Assembly: GCA_002409145.1 (NCBI GenBank)
Contig: DHUL01000037.1
Span: forward strand, 49,325 to 113,324
Length of the DNA stretch: 64,000 bases
Reading direction: 5' to 3'
DNA from: Bacteroidales bacterium UBA5235
Lineage (GTDB): Bacteria > Bacteroidota > Bacteroidia > Bacteroidales > VadinHA17
This document shows, in pieces, positions 1 through 8,512 of this stretch. How positions within the stretch are numbered: position 1 is the first letter of the stretch; the number at the start of each line of letters is the position of its first letter. A program made the translations under genes and the position numbers. Under the pieces are notes generated by a model. That model did not search any database, was not told the DNA's origin, and was given only the letters and a program-made list of their open reading frames with translations.

Positions 1-563
1 AAGAGGTTCTGGTCGGGGCCGCCGCCGCGTACGTAGATGCCGGTGGATCCTTCGGTGCCCGACTGCACACCGGGGAGTAGCTGTATCACCTTGAGCACGT
101 CGGCTTCGCCGAAGATCACCGGCAGCTTGAGGAATTTCTCCACCGGGACGTCTATCATGCTCATCTGGGTGCTTTCGATTTTTGCCCTTCGGCCGGAGGC
201 CGTAACTGTTACTGCAGCTATCTCGCTTGATGACATGACCAGGCTGAAGTTGATAACCGTGTCACGGGAGAGTTGCACGACAAGGGTGTCAGGGCTGTAG
301 CCCAGGTAGGAGACGATAAGTTCAGCCTTTCCCTCCTGGAGTGGAAGGCTGTAGAAACCGTAGCTGTTGGTTGTGGTTCCGGCGAAGGAGGCTCTTTCAT
401 AGACAGTGGCGTCGATCATTCGTTCTCCGCTGCCTGCATCGGTGACGAAGCCGCTGACGGTGATCCTTGCAGCTGCGGCAGAAGAGCCGGTTGCACTTCG
501 CTGCGCCTCAAGGGACAGGCTCAGGGCGAGTGCTGTAAAAGTGAGAGAGAGCAGGATGCGCAT
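1..563 (-). CDS. TonB-dependent receptor, N-terminal part (gene runs off the window start)
   Basis: Absent from the ORF track because it is open at the window edge. ATG at 563-561 (rc). Hand translation gives signal peptide MRILLSLTFTALALSLSLEAQ, then ITVSGFVTDAGSGE (carboxypeptidase-regulatory-like domain), then FGEADVLKVIQLLPGVQSGTEGSTGIYVRGGGPDQNL (TonB-dependent receptor plug motif). Confidence 0.8.
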   Translation of the reverse strand, partial: MRILLSLTFTALALSLSLEAQRSATGSSAAAARITVSGFVTDAGSGERMIDATVYERASFAGTTTNSYGFYSLPLQEGKAELIVSYLGYSPDTLVVQLSRDTVINFSLVMSSSEIAAVTVTASGRRAKIESTQMSMIDVPVEKFLKLPVIFGEADVLKVIQLLPGVQSGTEGSTGIYVRGGGPDQNL

Positions 564-568
564 ATGTA

Positions 569-979
569 TCAGAAGCCGGTTGTCTCTTTCAGGAATTTCC
601 GGACGGCCCGTTTCTCATCGAACTCAAGCATCCCCGTCGGGAGCCGGATGATACGGCCGTTTTTCATCACGATGCGGACAAAGTTTTCGTCGGCCAGGAT
701 CTCATCGATCTCATGTATCGGCAGGATTATCCTCATAGGTTTTGTGTACCATCTTATTGTCAGCACACCTTTTTCTACTGTCAGTCTGTTGACCAGGGTA
801 CCGAAGTTGAGGCTCAGGAATGCCAGCCCCAGCAGAAGCAAGGCTACAATCTGGATCCAGAATGACCACTCATTTTTATCACCTGTAATGATTATTACGA
901 TAACCATCACCAGGCAGACGATTCCCAGTGAGCGGTAGATCCGTTCATAAAGTGAGTTCCGGAGTACGAGCTGTTTCAT
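569..979 (-). CDS. small membrane protein, two N-terminal TM helices plus a bacterial-PH-like C-terminal domain (paralog 1)
   Basis: 136-aa ORF with ATG start. Hydrophobic N-terminal half, then LTIRWYTK...IDEI...FVRIVMKNGRIIRL...RKFLKETTGF. Stop lies 5 nt upstream of the TonB-receptor start. Domain call rests on topology and pattern only. Confidence 0.55.
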   Translation of the reverse strand: MKQLVLRNSLYERIYRSLGIVCLVMVIVIIITGDKNEWSFWIQIVALLLLGLAFLSLNFGTLVNRLTVEKGVLTIRWYTKPMRIILPIHEIDEILADENFVRIVMKNGRIIRLPTGMLEFDEKRAVRKFLKETTGF

Positions 980-1102
980 GACAAGAGATTTATAAATGTA
1001 AATATAGGAAATTCCTTGAACAGGCCGAAGGAGTGATACGGTGTCAGTCCTGTCATTGGAACAAGCTGGCGATATTATGAGTTATCCCGCAGGGATGGTG
1101 CC

Positions 1103-1513
1103 TTACAGTCCTGTACTCTCCTTAAGGAATTTGCGTGCTGCTTTGCGTTTGTCGGCGTCCATGAGTTTTACGTGCAGGCGGATGGTGCGGCCGTCTTTCA
1201 TGATTATGCGTATAAATCGCTTGTCCTCAGTAATCTCTGCGATCTGCTCAATAGGGAGATGTTTTTTAAAGATTTTTGTGTTCCATCTGATTGTCAGTAT
1301 TCCGTGATCAGCAGTGAGCCGGTTGATAATGGCGCCGAAAATCAGTGTAAAGAAGACTACGGCAGCCAGAATAAAAACCACCACAAGAATCCAGAAGACA
1401 GCTCTTTTAGGACTGTGCATGAAAAGTTGGAGGCCCACAGCGAAGAGCAGCAGTCCTCCCAGGAAGCGGAAGAGATATTCCTGAGCCTTGTCGCGAATCA
1501 CCAGTTGATTCAT
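1103..1513 (-). CDS. small membrane protein, bacterial-PH-like (paralog 2 of 569..979)
   Basis: Same 136-aa length and gap-free alignment to the neighbour, roughly 40 percent identical by eye. Shared blocks: NRLT..G.LTIRW.TK, LPI..I.EI, F.RI.MK.GR.IRL, RKFLKE.TG. Confidence 0.55.
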   Translation of the reverse strand: MNQLVIRDKAQEYLFRFLGGLLLFAVGLQLFMHSPKRAVFWILVVVFILAAVVFFTLIFGAIINRLTADHGILTIRWNTKIFKKHLPIEQIAEITEDKRFIRIIMKDGRTIRLHVKLMDADKRKAARKFLKESTGL

Positions 1514-1620
1514 CAGGGATTAGTTTATTGCATCGCTAAAGTTATAAAAATCCGCAGAATTGCTGACGGGAGCACGCATTGAATGAGTTTTGTTTTTATG
1601 ATCACGTTGTCATTCCGGCA

Positions 1621-1815
1621 TTACTTTCTATACTGCCTGATCTGGAAGAAGAAAGAGAGACATGTGAGCGCTGCCACAACTGCCATGAGTATCATGGCTA
1701 ATCTGTGATAGGGACCGGTCGGCGGAAGAATCGCCATAATGACTGTTATAACCAGGGTGATCAGGCTGATTATGAATCCTGCCTTCAGCAACTTTATTCT
1801 TTTAATTGAGCTCAA
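1621..1815 (-). CDS. 2-TM mini-protein with a basic C-terminus
   Basis: 64-aa ORF. The track start is TTG (rc of caa at 1813-1815), so the start is uncertain. Two hydrophobic helices, tail QIRQYRK. Confidence 0.35.
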   Translation of the reverse strand: MSSIKRIKLLKAGFIISLITLVITVIMAILPPTGPYHRLAMILMAVVAALTCLSFFFQIRQYRK

Positions 1816-1950
1816 GACAAGGCCCTCCCCTCACTGTTGCCGGTTTACCGAAGCGTAACTTCCTCTTTGTTTTTCATACTGAACATATATGCAATGAATA
1901 GATTCCCGATCGAAACATGCTGGCGGGCTTCCCCGGGTTAGTGGGCCGGA

Positions 1951-2421
1951 TCAGGCTGGCTGGCCCTGTTGGCTGTACACCAGCAGAGTTATGACACCGA
2001 CGATTATGAAAGCAGCGCATCTGATGGCAGTGGCCCTGTAGAAGCGGTGCCTTTCGCTGGAGTTTCTGATAAGGGCAAGAAGCAGCATCAGTGCTGTGAC
2101 CACCAGGCCACAGTTGATGAGGATTCTTGTCATAGGATAATTGTTCAGGGCAAATAATAATCCCAAAGTCAGTTGAGACAGTCCAAGCCCGGTTCCTGCT
2201 GCAACAACGATTCTCCAGGGTCCCAGACCCTTGTAGGATTCGGAATTGAATATTTTCCGAATCGGAATTTCGTTAAAGAGGGCGAATCCAAGGTAGAGGT
2301 AGACGGTACCCAGCACCACCAGGAAGACAGATGTGATTAGCGAATGGAAAGGCACGTTGAGCAATGCCATCAGGATGCCGATTATGGCTCCGGCGATGAG
2401 GATTAGTTCGGGCTTCTTCAT
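1951..2421 (-). CDS. polytopic membrane protein, unknown function
   Basis: 156-aa ORF with ATG start and about 5 hydrophobic segments. No motif recognised. Confidence 0.55.
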   Translation of the reverse strand: MKKPELILIAGAIIGILMALLNVPFHSLITSVFLVVLGTVYLYLGFALFNEIPIRKIFNSESYKGLGPWRIVVAAGTGLGLSQLTLGLLFALNNYPMTRILINCGLVVTALMLLLALIRNSSERHRFYRATAIRCAAFIIVGVITLLVYSQQGQPA

Positions 2422-2575
2422 ACTTTTGGATTAGAGACATTTGACTTTCGATGATAATTTGGTAATCTGGTACTAAGTTATTATATTATTGTTATCAAAT
2501 CAGTTACAGCCAATATTCTTCTGCGATGAAATTAATAAACCTGCCAACACTTTGTACAGACTCTTTAGTAAGGTT

Positions 2576-3058
2576 TTAAACAAACATATTATATAATGAG
2601 GCCAGGAAATTATCCATGGCGTGAAGAATGAAAACCAGGATTATTGCATCTTCCTTTCTGTATCTTCCAAGGTAATATGCTAAGGCATAAATTATTCCAA
2701 CCAAAAACGTAATTAATACATAAAGAAAACTGTATGTATGATTCAATGCAAACGCCAGAGAAGAAGCTAATACTGCAATCCAGATGTTCTTCCATGGTCT
2801 TTTAACGATCTTACAGATAATTTCAATTATTAATGATTGAAACAAAAGCGTTTCTATGATTGGAACAGCTATAACCGCAATTAACAGATCAATAACGATA
2901 TTATCTGTTTTCCAGTAACCTGCCGACTCAGGTTCCGGTAAAAATGTGGTTATTGCAGCCAGCAATAAAGTAGGAACCAGGAATATTAAAATATATTTAA
3001 TAGTCGGAACCTTAATCAAATAACTGACTGAAAAGATATGTATTGAACCTTTATGCAA
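2576..3058 (-). CDS. CPBP/Abi family intramembrane protease-like protein (bacteriocin self-immunity type)
   Basis: 160 aa, polytopic. Motif 2 is FALNH and motif 3 is LHAMDN. Motif 1 is degenerate (IETLLFQ instead of EExxxR). The track start is TTG, so the start is uncertain. Confidence 0.6.
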   Translation of the reverse strand: MHKGSIHIFSVSYLIKVPTIKYILIFLVPTLLLAAITTFLPEPESAGYWKTDNIVIDLLIAVIAVPIIETLLFQSLIIEIICKIVKRPWKNIWIAVLASSLAFALNHTYSFLYVLITFLVGIIYALAYYLGRYRKEDAIILVFILHAMDNFLASLYNMFV

Positions 3059-3111
3059 CTATTATGAATTTAGCATTACATAGTCCTTATGACCGTTATT
3101 AAGCAGAATTG

Positions 3112-3486
3112 TCATCCTTTTTTGAAGAAAATGCTAACAACCATGAGATTTATTCCGATGGCTATCACTGTGCCAATCAGAGTACCCAGTATATCATGGA
3201 AATCGAAAGTAGCCCATGGAAGAAATATCTGAATAAACTCATAGGCTGCTAAACCCAAACCAACCGACAAGATTCCCCAAATCCTGGGTTTGATTGTTCT
3301 GTAGTCTTTGAACCAAATGAATAACGAAGAAATAGTCAATACTCCACCAGTATTAGCTGAAGTATCATGAATGAAACCCATAGTAGCATTGTGATGAGGA
3401 AGAAACCTCATCAGTGTAACTCCCAGGGAGGTCAGGATAAAGAAAGCAATAAACAGGAATAAATCAGTGTTCCTTGGATCAGTCAT
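3112..3486 (-). CDS. VanZ-like membrane protein
   Basis: Track ORF 3112..3519 begins at TTG. I prefer the in-frame ATG at 3486 (MTDPRNTD...). Four hydrophobic segments. YEFIQIFLPWATFDFHDILGTLIG resembles the VanZ E..Q.F.P....D..D....G pattern. Confidence 0.5.
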   Translation of the reverse strand: MTDPRNTDLFLFIAFFILTSLGVTLMRFLPHHNATMGFIHDTSANTGGVLTISSLFIWFKDYRTIKPRIWGILSVGLGLAAYEFIQIFLPWATFDFHDILGTLIGTVIAIGINLMVVSIFFKKG

Positions 3487-3549
3487 TATTATGTAAGTGT
3501 TTAATCTTAAGTAGCACAAACTTTCAAGTTTTCCGGAAAATGAAAAGAA

Positions 3550-3738
3550 TCATTCTTTCTTTCTCTTGCGGGACAGGGAAATCCATCCTAAAACAACCAC
3601 TGATCCGGTAGCATAAAGCAGCACAGATGTTGCCTTAGAGAGGTTAGCCATGTCACTTAATAACCAATAGTAAGTCATCATGATGACATACAACAGGGAA
3701 ATCAGGGCAAGTGCAATTTTAAGAACTGTTCTGTTCAT
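3550..3738 (-). CDS. 2-TM mini-protein with a polybasic tail
   Basis: Track ORF begins at TTG (3753). The in-frame ATG at 3738 gives 62 aa, MNRTVLKIALALISLLYV...LSRKRKKE. Confidence 0.45.
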   Translation of the reverse strand: MNRTVLKIALALISLLYVIMMTYYWLLSDMANLSKATSVLLYATGSVVVLGWISLSRKRKKE

Positions 3739-4178
3739 GTTGTATAAATTCAAGTCGATTTATGCAGGAGAAAATCGATCATCTACAGATTCAGTATGTT
3801 AAAGATAAGAATTTATCACGTTTGAGAGCAAAGATTGCCGCTGATCGGACTTCTTCTGTCACATTACTGGTAAGCTATAATTGGTAGAGGTTTTCCTGCT
3901 GTGTTCCTGCTCCCTGGTTTTATCCAGATTGGTTTTATAATAGGCTTCACAGAAGATAGCTTTAAAACTCCGGGTGTTCTATTTATAGTTGGCGAATAAC
4001 TGGATCAGAATCAAAACAACCACTCCTCAGTGGAACGGTCAGATCTCTTTTAGTAATTTTTTTTGAATAGATGTTTTCATGAAAGGAGCAATAAACCAAG
4101 TGAAGAGTGAATATACACTATGCCAATAGGAAGATAGACATTAGGCACTATTCGATGGCAAGTTATTCTGTACTAAAC

Positions 4179-4370
4179 CTATTCCCTATTTCTCCTTTTT
4201 ACCCTTCTTCTATACTCAATAAGTAATGAATTTATCAATCCTCCAACCAAAAGAATAATAAACAAAATATTATCAGTTTTAGTCAGGTCCTCAATAAAGA
4301 TCAACTTGTAAAGAATATAGACTGCCAAAGCAACTAAGATGACAAATACAATTGTAGTAACAGTTCTCAT
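4179..4370 (-). CDS. 2-TM mini-protein with a polybasic tail
   Basis: 63 aa with ATG start. Two hydrophobic helices, tail EYRRRVKRRNRE. Lies immediately downstream of the two GG-leader peptide genes. Confidence 0.5.
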   Translation of the reverse strand: MRTVTTIVFVILVALAVYILYKLIFIEDLTKTDNILFIILLVGGLINSLLIEYRRRVKRRNRE

Positions 4371-4483
4371 TTCAGTAAAATAACTGAAGAAAGCCTACTT
4401 TGTTTTTACCACAGAATTTGGGTTTTAACGAAATAACCCTAATGTTCCTAAATGACAAAAACACTTAATAAACCCTCTTTTAG

Positions 4484-4672
4484 TTAATCTAGTGTGGCTG
4501 CCTTGTAAATTATACAGCCTATTCCTGCAGCCTTTACTATGACATAACCCACCCCAGATAATGCCAAGAGGGGAGAGATAATATTAGCAACACCTACTGC
4601 AACACAAAAGCCATCCCAAAAGTTACCTCCTTGAGTTTCACTTAACTCATCATATGTTAGAATCCTTATCAT
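4484..4672 (-). CDS. double-glycine-leader peptide precursor B (bacteriocin-like)
   Basis: 62 aa. Leader MIRILTYDELSETQGG (DELSxxxGG type). The 46-aa core NFWDGFCVAVGV...GIGCIIYKAATLD has 2 Cys. ATG start. Sits 11 nt after precursor A and downstream of the C39 ABC exporter. Confidence 0.7.
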   Translation of the reverse strand: MIRILTYDELSETQGGNFWDGFCVAVGVANIISPLLALSGVGYVIVKAAGIGCIIYKAATLD

Positions 4673-4683
4673 AATTCTTAGTA

Positions 4684-4890
4684 TTATTCTACGACAATTC
4701 CTTCACTTTCCCAATATTTTTTCGCAGCAAGGGCTGCTGCACAACCAACTGCAGGTGCAGCTGCTAAAGGTGCCAAAACAAACCCAAAGCAAGCAATCAT
4801 AGCAGCTGAACCGCATAGTAATCCAGTTAGAGTGCTGAATTTTAATCCACCATTTACTGTTTCCATTTGACACGTCTGAAGTTCTTTCAT
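4684..4890 (-). CDS. double-glycine-leader peptide precursor A (bacteriocin-like)
   Basis: 68 aa. Leader MKELQTCQMETVNGG has hydrophobic residues at -4 (V), -7 (M), -12 (L) and -15 (M) relative to the GG. The 53-aa hydrophobic core has 3 Cys. ATG start. Confidence 0.7.
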   Translation of the reverse strand: MKELQTCQMETVNGGLKFSTLTGLLCGSAAMIACFGFVLAPLAAAPAVGCAAALAAKKYWESEGIVVE

Positions 4891-5080
4891 AGCGAGACAA
4901 TTTTAACTTTCACCTACTCTATTATTGGCTTTTCGGTTTCTGCCTGCAGACGAAAAATGTTAAATTCCATCTGCATTATCAAAGTAAAAACAGTGCAGTC
5001 CAATAATACAGGATTGGCGTATTTTTCTTCCTGCCGAACCTGGTTTTTGTTTGCTGATAATACACCTGGCGGTTGAAAAT

Positions 5081-7276
5081 CTAAGCCTTAATCTGCTTTG
5101 CCAGATCAAATTCCTCCCAAAACCTTTTGTAAAGGTTCTCCTTCATCAACAGCTCGCTATGGGTTCCTGAAGCTGTTATGGTCCCTCCCTCAAGAAGGTA
5201 AATCCTGTCACATATTTTCCTGATAATATTAATTCTGTGAGTAACGAGCAGTATTCCAACTGAAGCCCTGATCCTCATCAGAATTTTCAATATGAGAGAT
5301 TCTGTATCCCGGTCCATTCCTGAGGTGCCTTCGTCAATGATCAAAATATCAGGATCATTGAACAATGTTCGCATGAATGCAATTACTTGTTTTTGACCCC
5401 CTGACAGCTTGACACCTTCTTCTCCGGTTAATGTGGCAAATCCAAGTGGCAAACTATTAACGAATTGTTCAAGTCCGAATTCAGCGGTCAACCGTACAAG
5501 TCTGGCAATTTTGGTCTCATCAGGATCAGGAATAATGTTTTCTAGGACTGTCCCATTGAAAATATGAACATCCTGAGGGATAAGACCAATCGACTTGCGC
5601 CATTTAGCCATAGGTATTTCCTGATGTGCAGAATGATCATTCACTGTTATAACACCAGATTCAGGGTCATAAAAGCGCATCAGGATATTGACCAGAGTGC
5701 TTTTCCCCGAACCGGATTCGCCAACCAATGCGACAATCCTGCCCTTCCTGATCTCAAAACCTATATCCTTTAACAGCAGCTTTTGTCCAGGGAATCGAAA
5801 TGAAATACCCTTTAATCCTATACCGACAATATCAGGAAAATCTTCCTTTAGATCTGCAGGGATTTCCTCCGCCTTCAACTGGGTAAATTCAAACATCCTT
5901 TCAAGCGCCACCTTCGCCTCACTCAAAGGAATGGAAACGAGGGCCAGGTTTAAAACTGAAGGCAGCAGGGTCGAACTAAGTGTAATGATAGCCATCAGTT
6001 CGCCCTGGGTCATCCTCGTCCCCATAACTTCAAGCGATGTGAATAACAGTAATCCCATCAGATATAAGGTCCCCGCCAGGTTGGTAACTATGCCCAGCTT
6101 AATTTTAATCTTGCCAAGAGAGAATGCCCTCTCCTGAAACAAACTGAAAATTGATTTATTCCTGCCCTCATAAAAACTCTGCCACCCCATGCTCTTAATC
6201 TCCGTAATTCCCTTTAAAGTGCTGATGAAGTTACTTTCGTTGAGCGCATAACCCGCCATCAGATCCTGCTGGGATTTTATCACTGGTTTATTCCATTTGT
6301 GAACCAGGAGAAAAAACAATGGGACTGCTGTAGTCGAGATTGTTCCGGCGATCGTAGAGTAAGACCAAATCATTGCCAACGTTATCAAAACAATCAGACA
6401 ATCTATTACATAAACACTGACCACTTCGGAAATAACCCGCTGAATCCTGAGAGTATCATTAAGACGGGCAACCATGTCCCCCGTTTTACGTGAATCGAAG
6501 AATGGCTTTGGCAAACCAAGCAGCGATCTGTAGAATCCATCAACGACCCTGATATTGTATGTCTTGCCCTGGGATAATAACGTCGTCTGACGGATAGCGG
6601 TAAGTACCACCCTCACAGCAAGAAGCATGAACACTAAAACGATTGAAACGATCAGCATCCGATTATTGCCGGATGGCAAGATATCATCCAGTAATTTCTG
6701 TGTAAAGACTGCCATTACAACTCCAAGCCCGGAAACGAGAATGCCAACAAAAAAACTAGCAGTCAACAATTCAATATCGGGTTTGACAGTTTCAGCTATC
6801 CACTGACGCTTCCTTCTTATCGTTGTTTCATGATAGGTAAAATTCTTCCCTGGAGCAACTGCAAGGCATTTATGGCTCAACCAGATTTTTTCAACTTCAT
6901 CCCGGGTTCTTAAAACAAGTCCCCGGGCCGGATCCCAGATTATGAATCGGTTATCTATATAACCATACGATACAACATAATGCTCGTATCCCTTTCCCGG
7001 GGTTACGTGAAGGATCAGAATCCCGGTATACTCAGTAATATTTTTTATAGTAGCCTCATAGCCTGTAGCTACCATACCTGATGACTTGGCAGCCTGATAC
7101 AAACCCAGCATGGTTGTCCCTGACTGGCTTGTGCCGCTCAATAGGCGTATCTGATCAATAGTTGAATCCCCTCCAGAATACCTTATGATTGATGCAAGGC
7201 ATGCTGCTCCACAGTCTGTAGAGTCGTGCTGCAACAATGAGACCTCCTTAATCCTTTTTAGATTAATCGCTGTCAT
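5081..7276 (-). CDS. peptidase-C39-containing ABC transporter (PCAT; GG-leader peptide processing and export)
   Basis: 731 aa. C39 catalytic Cys in HDSTDCGAACLASII, with His/Asp context EHYVVSYG...IWDPARG. Six-helix TMD. Walker A GESGSGKST, signature LSGGQKQ, Walker B ILIIDEGTS. Confidence 0.92.
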   Translation of the reverse strand: MTAINLKRIKEVSLLQHDSTDCGAACLASIIRYSGGDSTIDQIRLLSGTSQSGTTMLGLYQAAKSSGMVATGYEATIKNITEYTGILILHVTPGKGYEHYVVSYGYIDNRFIIWDPARGLVLRTRDEVEKIWLSHKCLAVAPGKNFTYHETTIRRKRQWIAETVKPDIELLTASFFVGILVSGLGVVMAVFTQKLLDDILPSGNNRMLIVSIVLVFMLLAVRVVLTAIRQTTLLSQGKTYNIRVVDGFYRSLLGLPKPFFDSRKTGDMVARLNDTLRIQRVISEVVSVYVIDCLIVLITLAMIWSYSTIAGTISTTAVPLFFLLVHKWNKPVIKSQQDLMAGYALNESNFISTLKGITEIKSMGWQSFYEGRNKSIFSLFQERAFSLGKIKIKLGIVTNLAGTLYLMGLLLFTSLEVMGTRMTQGELMAIITLSSTLLPSVLNLALVSIPLSEAKVALERMFEFTQLKAEEIPADLKEDFPDIVGIGLKGISFRFPGQKLLLKDIGFEIRKGRIVALVGESGSGKSTLVNILMRFYDPESGVITVNDHSAHQEIPMAKWRKSIGLIPQDVHIFNGTVLENIIPDPDETKIARLVRLTAEFGLEQFVNSLPLGFATLTGEEGVKLSGGQKQVIAFMRTLFNDPDILIIDEGTSGMDRDTESLILKILMRIRASVGILLVTHRINIIRKICDRIYLLEGGTITASGTHSELLMKENLYKRFWEEFDLAKQIKA

Positions 7277-7784
7277 ACAAATACTTCATTATTGTTTCCG
7301 GCTTAACCGAGCCTCTGAATATCTTAACAAGCCGAAGACTGTCGTTGTATATAAAATTGGCCGGAATGATATTAGCTCCAAACAATTCACTCAATTTTAA
7401 ATCAGGATCATGTATTATATGTAGATGCGATGTATCTATGATTTTGAAATCCTTAAGAAAAGATCTGATCTCAGATTTTCCAGCGTAACTTACCAGGATG
7501 ATTCTGGAATTGCAGCTTTGGGAGTCATTGGATATAAGAGAGGAAATTTCATACCTGCAATGATCACACTCCGGGTGAAAGAAAGTGATCAGTAAGGGTC
7601 CCGATGTAAGCCAGGAAGTATTGAATTCTTCCCCATTGATATCAGTCAATACTAAATCCGGCAGAATCCTGATCCTTTCCAATGCGCCTTCCACCCGTGA
7701 CTTGCGTGTGAGAATAGCTACAATCAACAATACAATAATGATTATCGGGATCAACAGTAAGAATTTCGCAATTCTCCGTTTCAT
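7263..7784 (-). CDS. membrane-anchored thioredoxin-fold thiol-disulfide oxidoreductase (TlpA/ResA-like)
   Basis: 173 aa. N-terminal anchor FLLLIPIIIIVLLIVAIL. CxxC in FFHPECDHCRYE. Its 3' end overlaps the PCAT start by 14 nt. Confidence 0.75.
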   Translation of the reverse strand: MKRRIAKFLLLIPIIIIVLLIVAILTRKSRVEGALERIRILPDLVLTDINGEEFNTSWLTSGPLLITFFHPECDHCRYEISSLISNDSQSCNSRIILVSYAGKSEIRSFLKDFKIIDTSHLHIIHDPDLKLSELFGANIIPANFIYNDSLRLVKIFRGSVKPETIMKYLYDSD

Positions 7785-8437
7785 GGCATTGCATCAATTG
7801 TTAAAAACATAATAACCGCGATCCATACTGCGACAGCGGGAACATAGGTCGATAAAACAACCTTATCCGCCGCCCCCTTCCTTATTGATCCGATTCTGGA
7901 TAGGCCGAATGCAAGCAGCAATACATAAAGTGCCTGAAAAATGTTAACGCTCTGCAGGGGATAGATCCAATAGGATGCGACTTCTGACCGGCTGAAAAGA
8001 TTAATCAATGACAGCGGATAAAAGAAACTAATATCTTCAAGTGTGTAATTACCAGCAAAAAAAATAAACCATAACAGTTTCATCACCGAAGCCAAAATGA
8101 ACACTATTTCGCACAAGACGACTACTTTAAAGATCTTACCTAGAGTAATCTCCTTGTGCAGATCGCTGAAGAATGCACCTATAAATAAAACCACACTCAA
8201 GGCAGAAAATTTGAGAAGTAGCAATATAGGTGTAATTGCATAGGTCACCCAGGAATATGATTTCATCCTGTAAAAGAGCTCCATCGATCGTTCGTATGTC
8301 AGCTGCTCGCTGTAGGTATTGAAAAAGACGATTTCATCAATCAGAAGTGTTTGAGAAGCGATAAGGAAAAGTATGTCTATCATTACTATCCCGGAAAACA
8401 GCTTCCACCCTCTTAAAGACAAGGCTCTGGCAATCAT
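7781..8437 (-). CDS. polytopic membrane protein of unknown function, coupled to the redoxin gene
   Basis: 218 aa with ATG start and about 5-6 hydrophobic segments. ATGA 4-nt overlap with the downstream redoxin gene. No motif recognised. Confidence 0.6.
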   Translation of the reverse strand: MIARALSLRGWKLFSGIVMIDILFLIASQTLLIDEIVFFNTYSEQLTYERSMELFYRMKSYSWVTYAITPILLLLKFSALSVVLFIGAFFSDLHKEITLGKIFKVVVLCEIVFILASVMKLLWFIFFAGNYTLEDISFFYPLSLINLFSRSEVASYWIYPLQSVNIFQALYVLLLAFGLSRIGSIRKGAADKVVLSTYVPAVAVWIAVIMFLTIDAMP

Positions 8438-8512
8438 ACCTTCATTATTAAGAATCTATCTTCAAACCAAGGATATGCACTTCAGTAATGCGCATTTATA
8501 GTCTTAACTTAA

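Noticed and set aside
273-938. 221-aa plus-strand ORF
   Set aside because: It is antisense to the TonB-dependent receptor N-terminus and the first bPH-like gene, both of which have clear motifs. Its own sequence is low-complexity with no motif.
3754-4178. 425-bp gap in the peptide island, including a 13-codon ORF MKTSIQKKLLKEI (4080..4039, minus) that looks like a bacteriocin leader fragment
   Set aside because: No GG motif or core follows in any frame I tried. It may be a decayed precursor gene or just promoter space, and I cannot support a feature.
4891-5080. Possible dedicated promoter for the peptide genes (minus-strand TTACTTTG about 85 nt upstream of precursor A)
   Set aside because: It is one position off the TAnnTTTG consensus and there is no supporting -33 element that I could verify.
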